A stretch of 63,525 bases of DNA, counting the filler. It is 4 parts of 4 records of this genome, joined end to end, with 100 filler letters (N's around TTAATTAATTAA, not from the genome) between each part and the next. Parts side by side here need not be neighbours in the genome. Positions count along the whole stretch, not along the records: positions 35,084 to 55,768 come from SRR20825006_428; 3 more parts are not named here. One strand, 5' to 3'. Of the stretch, positions 37,566 to 48,058 are shown piece after piece. The translations under genes and the position numbers were made by a program. Under the pieces are notes generated by a model. It searched no databases and was not told the origin of the DNA. It saw only the letters and a program-made list of their open reading frames with translations. Positions within the stretch are counted from its first letter, which is position 1. The number at the start of each line of letters is the position of its first letter.

Positions 37566-38204
37566 TTACCGGTATTCGTAGATGCGGTAGCTCCAATATG
37601 CGTCGCCGCCGTCATACGAACACTTCCAGCCCAGCTTCTTCATTTCCGGACGCAGCATTCGATTGAACCAGCCATGGGCCGCCAGATAGACCTTGCCCTC
37701 ACTGGACGCCTCGTCGAGCTTAGACGCGGCGGCAGCGGCGCGCTGACGCGCCTGCTTCACGCTTTCGCCATCCAGCGCATGTCCGTTCAGCCAAGCAGCA
37801 CGGGCGAGAATATTCCACGTTTTCGGCAGATAACGCACACCCGGCAGAAGGGGAGGAGGCAATGGCGCCTCATTAAATACCGGGTCAAACAGTGCCTGCA
37901 TGTGCGGCGCCGCACGTGCAGCGGTCTGCTGGGCACGCAGGCGCGCAGAAGCAAATACAATGTCAGCATCGGCCACCGATTTGACCAGGCCGTCCGGCGG
38001 CGTCTGGTCATCGGCCAGAGGGCCAATCTCGTAACGTTCCCACCAGTCGCGATACTGTTTCCAGTTCAGTCGCGGGCCCGCCGTGCGGTCGAGGGCCGGG
38101 CGACCGTGACGCGAAATGATGATGGGACCGCGCTTCCGGTCTGTCGATGTCGTGTCTGGCATCGCCATACAAATCATACTCGTTGTTGCTGGCCCCGTGA
38201 CCAT
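37566..38204 (-). CDS. Histidine phosphatase family protein
   Basis: ISRHG, SARLRAQQTA, FNEA, AAHG; true start may be about 38162. Confidence 0.8.
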   Translation of the reverse strand: MVTGPATTSMICMAMPDTTSTDRKRGPIIISRHGRPALDRTAGPRLNWKQYRDWWERYEIGPLADDQTPPDGLVKSVADADIVFASARLRAQQTAARAAPHMQALFDPVFNEAPLPPPLLPGVRYLPKTWNILARAAWLNGHALDGESVKQARQRAAAAASKLDEASSEGKVYLAAHGWFNRMLRPEMKKLGWKCSYDGGDAYWSYRIYEYR

Positions 38205-38294
38205 TGTTCCAAAATTGCCCTAACGGGGTTGCCCCCGCCCGGCAAGGCGCGTTTGTACACCCATTCACTTGTCAGGTTGTGAAATTCGAAGGGC

Positions 38295-39149
38295 TCAGAG
38301 CCCCTTCCAGACACGCTTGCGGCAGGGTTCTTCGTCCTGCAGCTTGCATTTGTGGAAGGTGACGAGGACCGTTTCTGCGCGACCAATCATGTGATCCATC
38401 GGCACGAAACCAATTGATGCCACATCCGCAGGCACGCGCGGCTGACAGCCCGCCCGGTCAATTACGCCCTCTATGGCCGGGCAGTGCCCACTTGGAAAGC
38501 GACTGTCGAGCGAATTGTCCCGATTATCACCCATCATGAAGACATGCCCTTCCGGCACGATGAACAGGTCGGTATTGTCGCCCCGTCCACCTTTTTCCTG
38601 CCGGTGAGTGATCCACGTCTTGTCGCCAATCGTTTCCTGCCATTCATGCGCGATATCGATCGCCACGGCATTGTGCGGAACGTAACGGATGGTGCGCAGG
38701 TATTCGCTCTCAACCGCTTCGCCATTCAGATAGAGCTGCTCGCCAATCAGCTGGATCTGATCGCCTGGCAGACCAATCAGACGCTTGATCATGACGCGGC
38801 CCGTATGCGGATGCTCGAACACAACCACATCGCCGCGCTTGGGTGTGCTGGCAAAAATCCGGCCCTCGGGCAACGGAATGAAGCGCCCCATCGAAAACGG
38901 CAGAGAATAGCGGTCATAGCCATAGGCGAATTTTGCCACAGCGACCCGGTCGGTTACCTGTAGCGTCGGGACCATGCTTTCAGAGGGAATCACGCGCTGC
39001 TCGTAGGCGAGCCCCGAGAACAGCAGGAACACGGGTACAAAGACGGCGAGCGTAGCGCCCCATTCACGAAGCTCTTGTTTGAGCTTGGCGCCAAGGCCTG
39101 GCGCCTCGGCGACCTCATCGTTCGCCGCAGTGTTACCATCTGATGCCAT
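38295..39149 (-). CDS. lepB: Signal peptidase I
   Basis: IPSESMVPTL (Ser), IKRLIGLPGD (Lys), MMGDNRDNSLDSR; GAGG RBS before 39149. Confidence 0.9.
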   Translation of the reverse strand: MASDGNTAANDEVAEAPGLGAKLKQELREWGATLAVFVPVFLLFSGLAYEQRVIPSESMVPTLQVTDRVAVAKFAYGYDRYSLPFSMGRFIPLPEGRIFASTPKRGDVVVFEHPHTGRVMIKRLIGLPGDQIQLIGEQLYLNGEAVESEYLRTIRYVPHNAVAIDIAHEWQETIGDKTWITHRQEKGGRGDNTDLFIVPEGHVFMMGDNRDNSLDSRFPSGHCPAIEGVIDRAGCQPRVPADVASIGFVPMDHMIGRAETVLVTFHKCKLQDEEPCRKRVWKGL

Positions 39150-39257
39150 GGGGACCTCATCCATCGTCTTCGTGACGTTTGATCTGTTTAGACGAAAGAA
39201 GTCCTGATTGCGAAGACGAAAACGCCTCCGCTGCTGCAAAAGCCGGGAATGCCCGCC

Positions 39258-40322
39258 TTAGCTCAGGCTGTACAGGTCTATTCCGGTTTCATTCCGTGTC
39301 ACAGACACATCACCCCGATAAATGAGATAGTTGAGATGCGCCAATGCCTCACCCGTGGCCATGCTGACCTCGTCGTCGGAAATCGCTCGGCCGAACAGCG
39401 TGGTGAACGTATCCACTGCCTTCATGGGCCCACGCTCCAACCTCTGAAGCAATCTTGCGAGCCCCACATGATGACCGTCAATCAAGTGCTGCAGCCGTTT
39501 GTGGGCTCCGGTAAAGGGCTCATTATGAGCTGGCAGGACAAGCACGTCTTCCGGCAGCCGCTGTTTCAACTTTTCACAGCTTTCGAGCCAGTCGAGCAAT
39601 GGATTCGCCGCAGGCTCAGTCGGGTGGACGGATATGTTGGAAGAGATCCGCGGCAGAATCTGGTCACCTGAGATCAGAATATTGAGATCGCGACTATAAA
39701 GACATGCATGCTCGGGCGAATGCCCACTGCCGGTGATGACTTCCCATTCCTGAGAGCCCATTTCGAAAGTATCGCCGTCAACAAGGCGGCGGTAGGAATC
39801 CGGCAACGGCATGACACCTTTTCCAAACCCGCCGAACTTTTCCTTGTACTGGTCGAGCTGGGTCTTGTTCCAGCCGGCACGCAAATAGAAGTCCAAACCA
39901 GCCTTTGGCGCACTGCGCCCGGTGTCAGATACCAGCATCCGGCATGTTGTATATTCCAGACGAGTCATCCACAGCTCAGCGCCCCATTTGTGACAGAGCC
40001 ATCCAGCCGTTCCGATATGATCGGGGTGCATGTGGGTGACGATAACCCGCTTGAGAGGCTTCTGCTCACTGACCCGATCAGCCAACAATTTTCGCCAGAC
40101 GTCACGCGTCTCATCATACGGAATCCCGGTGTCAACAATAGTCCAGCTATCGCCATCGTCGATCAGCCAGACATTGATGAATTTGAGAGAGAAATGCAGA
40201 GGCATAGCCAGCCAGAACAGGCCGGGCGCTATCTCCCTGATTTCGCCGGGAGCGGGCGCCGATTGTCCATGCGGATAATCAAGGCGCGGCCGTGTCGGCT
40301 TGCTGATTTCTGTACCATCCAT
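39258..40322 (-). CDS. MBL-fold metallo-hydrolase
   Basis: VDTG, THMHPDH, GHSPEH, SGDQILP, PAH. Confidence 0.92.
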   Translation of the reverse strand: MDGTEISKPTRPRLDYPHGQSAPAPGEIREIAPGLFWLAMPLHFSLKFINVWLIDDGDSWTIVDTGIPYDETRDVWRKLLADRVSEQKPLKRVIVTHMHPDHIGTAGWLCHKWGAELWMTRLEYTTCRMLVSDTGRSAPKAGLDFYLRAGWNKTQLDQYKEKFGGFGKGVMPLPDSYRRLVDGDTFEMGSQEWEVITGSGHSPEHACLYSRDLNILISGDQILPRISSNISVHPTEPAANPLLDWLESCEKLKQRLPEDVLVLPAHNEPFTGAHKRLQHLIDGHHVGLARLLQRLERGPMKAVDTFTTLFGRAISDDEVSMATGEALAHLNYLIYRGDVSVTRNETGIDLYSLS

Positions 40323-40370
40323 GTCAGGAGGATACGCAGCTTCTTGCGTCCGTCGAGCCGTACCGCAAGG

Positions 40371-40862
40371 TCATGCCACAGCAAGACGCGTGCGAATATC
40401 CTCAACCAGAGCGATTGGAGCTGCCATGCCGTCGACCCGGATAACGTCTTCCGGCGGGACCAGCGCGGCCAGTTGGCTGTCGAGCAGGGAGACCGGCATG
40501 AAATGGTCGGCGCGCGAGGAAATCCGCTGCGCAAGCTCATCTTTGGGCACGTCCAGCAGGACGAACAGGCACGTCCGACCGCTCTGCTCGCGCAGACCTG
40601 TCTGGACAAAGGGCGTAAGCGCCGAACAGGCCAGGACCACCCGGTCCTCCGGCATGTCGGTCAGGGTTTTGCACAGGCTGCGCACCCAGTCGGCGCGATC
40701 TGCATCGGTCAGGGGTGTGCCGGAGGCCATCTTCTCCTTGTTGGCGGCGGAGTGGTAGTCATCCGCTTCCACAAACGGCCAACCCTCGGCCTTGGAGAGG
40801 GCTTCGGCAATGGACGTTTTTCCACTGCCCGCCACGCCCATGATGATGACCAGGTCCCTCAC
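40371..40862 (-). CDS. gntK: Gluconokinase (GntK/IdnK)
   Basis: MGVAGSGKT, EADDYH...KMASGTPLTDADR, ACSAL, HFMP.SLLDSQ. Confidence 0.9.
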   Translation of the reverse strand: MRDLVIIMGVAGSGKTSIAEALSKAEGWPFVEADDYHSAANKEKMASGTPLTDADRADWVRSLCKTLTDMPEDRVVLACSALTPFVQTGLREQSGRTCLFVLLDVPKDELAQRISSRADHFMPVSLLDSQLAALVPPEDVIRVDGMAAPIALVEDIRTRLAVA

Positions 40863-41875
40863 TTGATGGGTGTTCGCTTGCGAGGCTTGAGCTTGGTGCG
40901 CTTGAACTTCTCGCCTTTCAGCGGGGAGACTGTTTTCTCTCCAGAGGCCGGTCCCGGCTTCCCGCCTGAGCGGGGGGCGGTCCTGTCAGGGCGCCGGTCT
41001 GGCTTGCTTGACCGTTCGGGACGTTCAGCCCGCGCGGGACGATCCGGACGCCCACTCCGTTCTGCCCGATCTGAGCGCTCCGGCCGCTCCGGTCGCGGCT
41101 TGCGGGGACGGGGCATGTCACCTCTCAGCAAGGCTTCGCGTTCACGGCCACTGATCGGACGCCACTTGCCTTCCGGCAAACCTGCAAGCTCCAGCGGCCC
41201 GACACGCACACGCATCAGGTCCACAACATGCAGCTCTACCAGTTGGCACATACGCCGGATCTGGCGGTTGCGGCCTTCGTTCAGGATAAACTTCAACTCC
41301 TGCTGTTTCACTTGTTCGACGATGGCAGGTTTCAGCTGGCGACCATCCAGCTCGAGACCATGACGCAACTTGCCCAGCTTGTCGGGCGTAACATCGCCCT
41401 TCACCTTGACCAGATATTCCTTGTCGAGCTGACTCTCCGGCCCAATCACGGCCTTTGCCAACACGCCGTCTTCAGACATGATCAACAAACCGCGGGAATC
41501 CTTGTCCAGACGCCCGAGGGGCGCGAGCTTGTTGTAGCGCCCCGGAATGGCATGACTTTTTCCCGAAAGGCTATCGCCTGAGATGAGCCGCACAGCGGGA
41601 ATTTCATCGCCCTCCGGCGTGCCCGAAACAATACCGATCGGTTTGTGGAACAGGATGGAAAGCTGATTATCGAGCCGACGTGCAGCCTTCTGCGCCAGAT
41701 CCAACGTCTGACCGGTCTCGATCTTCTGGCCCGAAATCGCTTTCTCGCCGTCGACTTTCACCAGACCCTGCTCAATCAGGGAGTCCGCCTCGCGGCGTGA
41801 GCACACGCCTTCCAGCGCCAGCCATTTGTTGATCCGCAAGGGCTCGTCGCCGGAATAGGTTTTGGTCCAAGCCAT
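40859..41875 (-). CDS. S4-domain rRNA pseudouridine synthase (RsuA/RluB/RluF family) with Arg-rich tail
   Basis: RINKWLA..GVCSRREAD, GRLDKDSRGL, EGRNRQIRRM. Confidence 0.92.
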   Translation of the reverse strand: MAWTKTYSGDEPLRINKWLALEGVCSRREADSLIEQGLVKVDGEKAISGQKIETGQTLDLAQKAARRLDNQLSILFHKPIGIVSGTPEGDEIPAVRLISGDSLSGKSHAIPGRYNKLAPLGRLDKDSRGLLIMSEDGVLAKAVIGPESQLDKEYLVKVKGDVTPDKLGKLRHGLELDGRQLKPAIVEQVKQQELKFILNEGRNRQIRRMCQLVELHVVDLMRVRVGPLELAGLPEGKWRPISGREREALLRGDMPRPRKPRPERPERSDRAERSGRPDRPARAERPERSSKPDRRPDRTAPRSGGKPGPASGEKTVSPLKGEKFKRTKLKPRKRTPIK

Positions 41876-42001
41876 GGCGTGTCGCGCCTCCTGATATAGT
41901 GCGGCCCGTCATATCGGCGCTGGCCGTTCCTCGCAACATTCAGTCGACATTGTGGGGCATTTCCGGCATAGGCGGGCGCCCCGCACGGAGATGATTGAAT
42001 A

Positions 42002-43177
42002 ATGACGGACCGCCGCACCGCAGCGCCCCTGCTCGCCTTTGGCCTGTTAGTCCTCGGGACCATTCTCGGCCTTGCCGGGACGGATTTGGTCCTACCTGCC
42101 GTTCCGTCCTTGCCGGAAACCTTGGGGGGCTCGCAGGCAATGGCGCAGCTGGTGCTGGCCGCCTTCGTGGCAGGTGGTTGTATCGGTCTGCTGGCCTTCG
42201 GTGAACTCGGCGCACGGATCGACCAGCGCAATTTGTTGGTCATCTCGCTTGCGGCCTATGCGCTGGTCTCGTTCGCCTGCATGGCCGCGCCGTCCCTGTC
42301 CGTTCTGGTTGGACTGCGGTTCTTGCAAGGTCTGACCGGATCTGCCGCAGCTGTGTTTGCTCCAGGCATGATCCGCGCCATGTTTTCCGAGGAGAAAGCC
42401 GTTGGCGCACTTGGCTTCATGGCGAGCATAGAATCCTTGATCCCTGCCCTCGCCCCCGTGCTCGGCGTCTGGCTGCTGCTGGCATTCGGCTGGAAAAGCT
42501 CTTTTCTCGCCCTGGGCATCTTGAGTCTAGGCGTTGCGGCGCTCGTCGCCATGCTGCGTCATCGCCTGCCCGCGCCGCCGTCGACGCGGGCGCCGGGTAG
42601 CTATCTGCGCCACGTGATCAATCCGGTCTTCCTGCGCTATGCCCTGAGTCAGGCCTTCACACTCGCCGGACTGCTTATCTTTGTGTTCGGCGCACCGGCC
42701 ATGATCACCAAGGGCCTTGGCGGCGACCTGGGCGACTTCATCATCATGCAGGTTACAGGGATTGCGTTCTTCATTGCAGGATCGAACTTTGCCGGCAAGC
42801 TGTCCGCACGGTTCGAACCTGAACCGATGATCCTGTTCGGATCGACTATGTCCGCCGCAGGCCTGGCTGGTATTCTGATTTACGCACTGTTGGGTGGGAC
42901 AGCACCACTGATGCTCGCCGCCCTGTTTGTGCCGGTCAATCTCGGCCTCGGCTTTCGGGGACCTCCCGGTTTCTATCGCGCGGTTGTCGCTGCGCGCGGA
43001 GATGATGCGCGCGGGTCGGCACTCGTCCTCGTGGCCATCCTTTCCACGACGGCTGCCGGCACCGCCATCGCCGCGCCGTTCGTCACATTTGGCATGGTAC
43101 CACTTGCGGCGATTGGGACAGCAGTCTCCTGCGCCTCGGTCCTGTGCCTGATCGCCTTGCCGAAGCTCAGCGCCTGA
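42002..43177 (+). CDS. MFS transporter (Bcr/CflA-like)
   Basis: About 12 TM; TDLVLPAVP, RFLQGL, PALAPVLG. Confidence 0.85.
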   Translation: MTDRRTAAPLLAFGLLVLGTILGLAGTDLVLPAVPSLPETLGGSQAMAQLVLAAFVAGGCIGLLAFGELGARIDQRNLLVISLAAYALVSFACMAAPSLSVLVGLRFLQGLTGSAAAVFAPGMIRAMFSEEKAVGALGFMASIESLIPALAPVLGVWLLLAFGWKSSFLALGILSLGVAALVAMLRHRLPAPPSTRAPGSYLRHVINPVFLRYALSQAFTLAGLLIFVFGAPAMITKGLGGDLGDFIIMQVTGIAFFIAGSNFAGKLSARFEPEPMILFGSTMSAAGLAGILIYALLGGTAPLMLAALFVPVNLGLGFRGPPGFYRAVVAARGDDARGSALVLVAILSTTAAGTAIAAPFVTFGMVPLAAIGTAVSCASVLCLIALPKLSA

Positions 43178-43184
43178 GCCGAAC

Positions 43185-44957
43185 TCACGCGATACCGAAC
43201 AGAGCTTCGCTATTGTCGAGGAAAGGGGAACCGCCTTCGGTGATGCCGGAGACACGGCCCGGCGCGGTGGCCAGAACAGTCTCGGAAAAGAAGCCCGCAA
43301 GTGCCAGTTGGCGTGCCCGGAAGCTGCCTTCCTCACCGCGTGCAGCAACAGCTGCCCGCGTCAGGAAGTGCCCGCCAATCACGTCTCCCGCCAGCGCGAG
43401 ATAGGCCGTCGCGCCCGCAAGCGCCTTGTCCTGATCGCGATCCTTCATCGCTTCCAGCATCCAGTCGCTGGCTTCGCGCAGGGCTTCGGCGCCAGCGCGC
43501 AACCGGTCTGCAATCTGCACAAGCTGTGGGTCATTGGTCGCGCGGGCATCTGCCGCCGTCGCCTCGACCTCACCCAGCATCACTCGCATGGACTCACCAT
43601 TCGTGCCGGTCAGTTTACGCCCGACAAGGTCGATGGCCTGAATGCCATTCGTGCCTTCATAGATCGGGGCAATCCGGGAGTCGCGATAAAGTTGGCCTGC
43701 GAGTGTCTCACCCATAAAGCCCATGCCGCCATGTATTTGCACACCAAGGCTCGCCACATCGACGCCCATATCCGTGCACCATGCCTTGGCAATTGGCGTC
43801 AGCAGGTCTTCCCGCATCTTTGCAGCAGCGCGTGTGGTTTGATCCGGGGACGCCTCGGCGAGGTCTGCGGCGACCCCACAGGCATAACAGATCGAACGCG
43901 CTGCAGCGACGCGAGCGCGCATGGTCGTCAGGGTACGGCGCACGTCCGCATGGTGCAGGATTGGAGCGGGGCCCTCAATGCCCGGTGCCTTGCCTTGCTT
44001 GCGCTCCTGCGCATATTCGAGTGCCGTCTGGTAGGCCGCCTCGCCCACAGCAACTCCCTCAAGGCCGACATTCAGGCGTGCGGAATTCATCATGGTGAAC
44101 ATGCAGGCCAAGCCCTTGTTCTCCTGACCGATCAGCCATCCGGTCGCGCCATCATATTCCATCACACAGGTCGGCGAGGCGTGGATGCCCATCTTCTTTT
44201 CAAGACCGATACATTTGACGGCATTGCGTGCGCCAAGGCTACCATCCGCTTCAACCATAAACTTCGGCACGATGAAAAGAGAGATGCCGCGCGAACCTGC
44301 GGGCGCATCCGGCAAGCGCGCCAGGACCAGGTGTATGATGTTCTCGGCGACATCATGATCGCCCCATGTGATGAATATCTTCTGCCCACTGATGGCGTAG
44401 CTGCCATCTTCCTTCGGCACGGCTCTTGTCTTGAGCGCGCCAACATCCGAACCGGCCTGCGGCTCCGTCAAATTCATGGTGCCGGTCCAATTGCCGGCCA
44501 CGAGGTTGGGAAGATATGCCTGCTTCTGGTCATCTGTGCCGTGCGCCAGCAGGGCCTCAACTGCGCCGAAGCTGAGCATAGGGCAGAGCCCGAACGACAT
44601 GTTGGCCGCGTGGAACATTTCCATGACCGCCAAGGCGAGCGCCTTCGGCAGGCCCTGCCCGCCCCATTCCTCTGGCGCCGACAGGCCCATCCATCCACCC
44701 TCCCGGAATTGGGCGTAGGCATCAGCAAATCCCGGCGCGGCCTTCACCCCATCCTCGGTCAGTACGGCACCGTGCGCGTCGCCAGATGCATTGAGCGGCG
44801 CCAATACATCACGTGCCAGCTTGTTGGCTTCTTCCAGGATCGGCGTGATCAACTCGGGGTCATAATTGCCGAATGGCTCCAGCCCTTCCAATCGGGACAG
44901 GCCTGCAACGGACTGGAGCGCGAACGCCATATCGTTGAGCGGAGCGTCATAGGCCAT
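43185..44957 (-). CDS. Acyl-CoA dehydrogenase
   Basis: GTMNLTEPQAGSDVG, GQKIFIT, KMGIHASPTC, QIHGGMGF, IYEGTNGIQ; start MAYDAP at 44957. Confidence 0.95.
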   Translation of the reverse strand: MAYDAPLNDMAFALQSVAGLSRLEGLEPFGNYDPELITPILEEANKLARDVLAPLNASGDAHGAVLTEDGVKAAPGFADAYAQFREGGWMGLSAPEEWGGQGLPKALALAVMEMFHAANMSFGLCPMLSFGAVEALLAHGTDDQKQAYLPNLVAGNWTGTMNLTEPQAGSDVGALKTRAVPKEDGSYAISGQKIFITWGDHDVAENIIHLVLARLPDAPAGSRGISLFIVPKFMVEADGSLGARNAVKCIGLEKKMGIHASPTCVMEYDGATGWLIGQENKGLACMFTMMNSARLNVGLEGVAVGEAAYQTALEYAQERKQGKAPGIEGPAPILHHADVRRTLTTMRARVAAARSICYACGVAADLAEASPDQTTRAAAKMREDLLTPIAKAWCTDMGVDVASLGVQIHGGMGFMGETLAGQLYRDSRIAPIYEGTNGIQAIDLVGRKLTGTNGESMRVMLGEVEATAADARATNDPQLVQIADRLRAGAEALREASDWMLEAMKDRDQDKALAGATAYLALAGDVIGGHFLTRAAVAARGEEGSFRARQLALAGFFSETVLATAPGRVSGITEGGSPFLDNSEALFGIA

Positions 44958-45079
44958 GTATTTCTCCCAGAATCCGAATAGGTTATATCCTGAAGAGCAT
45001 TTAGCGCGGGGATGGTGCCACGCCAACTGCGCCCTATAATCACCTGAACCGAACCTATAGATGTCCAGGAGACACGAAT

Positions 45080-45802
45080 ATGCGCAAAATCCTACTTTCC
45101 GCTTCCGTCCTCGCGCTCGCCGCTTGCGGCGCCGCCGAGACCACGGCCCCTGCAGCAGAGGCCCAGACGCCCGCCACTGAGACAAGTGAAACAGCTGCTC
45201 CGGCTGCAGAAGAGACCGCACCGGCCCCGGAAATGGCTCCGGCCGGCACGTATGTGCTCGATCCGACGCATGCGTCGCTTGTCTGGACGGTGAATCATTT
45301 CGGCCTGTCCAACTATACAGCCCGCTTCACCAAGATGGATGCCACACTGGAGTTCAATCCTGATGACGCGTCCGCCACATCGCTGACCGTCACGGTCGAC
45401 CCGACATCGGTCGAAACAGACTATCCGGGCGATTTCAAAGCGACGCACGCCGATTCGCCGTACGACACGTTCGATGAAGAAATCGCGCAGGATCCAACCT
45501 ATTTCAACGCAGGCGAATATCCCGAGATTACCTTCACCTCGACAGAAATCACAACAACCGGCCCGACCACCGGCACTGTCACAGGCGATCTGACCTTCCT
45601 TGGCGTGACCAAGCCAGTGACGCTGGATGTTACTTACAACGGCACCGCGACCTTCCCTTGGGCCCCGGAACAGCCAAAAATCGGCTTCTCCGCCACCGGC
45701 TCGCTCAATCGTTCCGAATTCGGCCTGTCGAAAATGGTGCCAAACCTGGGTGACACGATCCACCTGACCATCGAGGCGGAATTCGCCAAAGCTGCCGAAT
45801 AA
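45080..45802 (+). CDS. YceI-family lipoprotein
   Basis: Lipobox LAAC; YVLDPTH, HFGLS, GDLTFLGVTKPV, RSEFG. Confidence 0.9.
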   Translation: MRKILLSASVLALAACGAAETTAPAAEAQTPATETSETAAPAAEETAPAPEMAPAGTYVLDPTHASLVWTVNHFGLSNYTARFTKMDATLEFNPDDASATSLTVTVDPTSVETDYPGDFKATHADSPYDTFDEEIAQDPTYFNAGEYPEITFTSTEITTTGPTTGTVTGDLTFLGVTKPVTLDVTYNGTATFPWAPEQPKIGFSATGSLNRSEFGLSKMVPNLGDTIHLTIEAEFAKAAE

Positions 45803-45820
45803 GACAGGAACATCCTCGAC

Positions 45821-47020
45821 ATGAAGACTGAAACGTCTCGTTACACGATCGTCGCCATCACCCTTCACTGGGTGATGGCAGCCCTTCTTCTGTTCATGAT
45901 CTGGCTCGGCTGGAACATGGACGACAACGAAGTACGCTTTCAGCTTCACAAATCGATCGGGATCCTGCTTCTGTTCCTCACCTTGGTCCGGGTGATCTGG
46001 CGAGTCATGAACCCGCCACCGCCACTTCCGGAAGAGATGCCAGCCCATGAAAAGCTGGCGTCTCATCTTGTCCACATGGCATTCTATGGACTGATGATCA
46101 TTCTGCCCCTGGCAGGATGGCTGCTTGTCTCCACTTCCAAATTCAAGGTGCCGACCGTCCTGTTTGAGACGGTCAGCTGGCCCCACTTGCCTGCGCCGGA
46201 TTTTCTGCGCGGAGATATTGCGCACGTCATCATCGAGAACATCCATTCCAAAGGCGCTTGGGTTCTGATCATCCTGCTAGGCCTGCATGTGGCCGGCGCG
46301 GTGAAGCATGAATTCGCTGCTGAAGACGGAGTATTGAAGAAGATGTTGCCTGGCTTGTTCGGAAAGCCTGCGACACCCCCCACCGCACGAGGATATGTCC
46401 GCGCCTTCGGAACGGCGATCATTGCCTTTGCCCTCATCGCGATCATACCGATTGCCGGCTCAGGTCAATCCAGCAGCGCCACACCGCAAACTGACGAGGC
46501 CGTCGCCCCCGCAGACGAAACCATCGAAGCGAATTGGGATGTCGATTACGACACTTCTGAAATTCGGTTCACGGGTATGTATGATGGAGCCGAATTCACC
46601 GGCCCCTTTGACGATTGGTCAGCAGATGTGGAATTCCATCCTGAAGCACTCGATGAGTCTCGTGTGCTCGTAACGGTCCGGACCGCTACCGCCGATGCTG
46701 GCAAGAAGCTCTACAATGACAGCCTGAAGGGCCCGGAATGGTTCGACACGACCACCTATCCTGACGCCCAGATCAGCCTGAGCAACTTCAGCGAAACAGA
46801 CACCGGCTATAGCGCAGATGCTGCAATATCGCTGAAGTCCGAGCTGGTCACGGTGCCGCTCGACTTCACGCTTGAAATCGATGGCGACACCGCGATGCTG
46901 GCTGGAAAAGCGGTCATGAGTCGCAAAGCCTTCAATCTCGGCCAGGACTCTGATCCCTCCGGAAGCTGGGTTGGCGATGAAATCACAATCTCCGTAACGG
47001 GAACCGCCACGCGCAAATAA
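45821..47020 (+). CDS. Cytochrome b561 - YceI fusion protein
   Basis: LHW, HKSIG, H...Y, LHVAGAVKH heme ligands followed by a YceI barrel (SEIRFTG, EWFD..YP, RKAFNLG). Confidence 0.88.
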   Translation: MKTETSRYTIVAITLHWVMAALLLFMIWLGWNMDDNEVRFQLHKSIGILLLFLTLVRVIWRVMNPPPPLPEEMPAHEKLASHLVHMAFYGLMIILPLAGWLLVSTSKFKVPTVLFETVSWPHLPAPDFLRGDIAHVIIENIHSKGAWVLIILLGLHVAGAVKHEFAAEDGVLKKMLPGLFGKPATPPTARGYVRAFGTAIIAFALIAIIPIAGSGQSSSATPQTDEAVAPADETIEANWDVDYDTSEIRFTGMYDGAEFTGPFDDWSADVEFHPEALDESRVLVTVRTATADAGKKLYNDSLKGPEWFDTTTYPDAQISLSNFSETDTGYSADAAISLKSELVTVPLDFTLEIDGDTAMLAGKAVMSRKAFNLGQDSDPSGSWVGDEITISVTGTATRK

Positions 47021-47068
47021 TGCGCTGATGGCTTCCGGGGCCGCGACGCGAATGCTAAGCCCGCGCGC

Positions 47069-48010
47069 ATGACTGCCATCGCTCCTATCGAATCCAGCAC
47101 ACTCCAACTGGCTGCCAGCTTCCTGCGCAAGGGCGGGCTCGTCGCCATGCCGACCGAGACCGTCTACGGGCTCGCCTGCGATGCATCAAACCCTGACGCG
47201 GTGGCACGACTATACGCAGCCAAGGGGCGTCCCAGCTTCAACCCCCTGATCGCGCATGTTGCTTCACTGGAAATGGCGCAAGCCGAAGCCGTATTTTGTG
47301 ACGCAGCGTTCAAACTCGCACATGCGTTCTGGCCTGGTCCGCTTACCTTGGTCTTGCCTGTGGCGTCGACCGGGACGGTTTGCGACCTGGCCCGGTCCGG
47401 CCTCGACACGATTGCACTACGCATGCCTGCCCACCCCGGCGCGCGTAGCCTGATCGCGGGTTTCGGTCGTCCGGTTGTCGCCCCGTCGGCCAACCGGTCC
47501 GGACATATCAGCCCGACGCTGGCCGAACACGTCAAAGCCGATCTCGAGGGCAAGGTCGACCTGATCCTCGACGGTGGGCCGTGCACGCAGGGCATCGAAT
47601 CCACCATTGTCTCATTTATCGGTGACCAGCCAACACTCCTGCGAGCCGGCACGGTCGAAACCTCCGCCCTCGAAGCAGTCCTTGGCACGTCACTCGCCCG
47701 TGCAGACGAGGGCGATGGCATCTCCGCCCCTGGGCAACTGAAAAGCCACTATGCACCCAATGCCCGGTTGCGTCTCAATGCGAGCGCCCCCGAAGCAGGG
47801 GAGACCTGGCTGGGTTTCGGCCCGGATGAGGCAAATGGGCTCAACCTCTCGCCATCTGGCAACCTGACCGAGGCTGCTGCAAACCTATTCGCCATGCTGA
47901 GACAACTGGATGCAGAGGCCGACCGCATCGCCGTCGCGCACATTCCGAATGAGGGGCTTGGCGAAGCCATCAATGATCGTCTCGCTCGGGCCGCGCACCG
48001 AGATGACTGA
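47069..48010 (+). CDS. sua5: L-threonylcarbamoyladenylate synthase (Sua5/TsaC2)
   Basis: PTETVYGL, KGRPSFNPLI, APSANRSG, GIESTI, APGQLKSHYAP. Confidence 0.95.
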   Translation: MTAIAPIESSTLQLAASFLRKGGLVAMPTETVYGLACDASNPDAVARLYAAKGRPSFNPLIAHVASLEMAQAEAVFCDAAFKLAHAFWPGPLTLVLPVASTGTVCDLARSGLDTIALRMPAHPGARSLIAGFGRPVVAPSANRSGHISPTLAEHVKADLEGKVDLILDGGPCTQGIESTIVSFIGDQPTLLRAGTVETSALEAVLGTSLARADEGDGISAPGQLKSHYAPNARLRLNASAPEAGETWLGFGPDEANGLNLSPSGNLTEAAANLFAMLRQLDAEADRIAVAHIPNEGLGEAINDRLARAAHRDD

Positions 48011-48058
48011 TGGAAGCAACAAACTCGAAATCGCGCAGGAAATGAGTAGGTTTACCCA

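Noticed and set aside
40960-41115. Approximately 9-bp periodic repeats
   Set aside because: They encode the low-complexity R-P/S-D/E tail common in this pseudouridine synthase family; not an array
43308-44981. Long antisense or alternate-frame ORFs (557 aa here; also 39708-41363, 45092-46246, 58178-59410, 56072-56998)
   Set aside because: Shadow ORFs opposite well-conserved genes in GC-rich DNA, with no recognisable motifs
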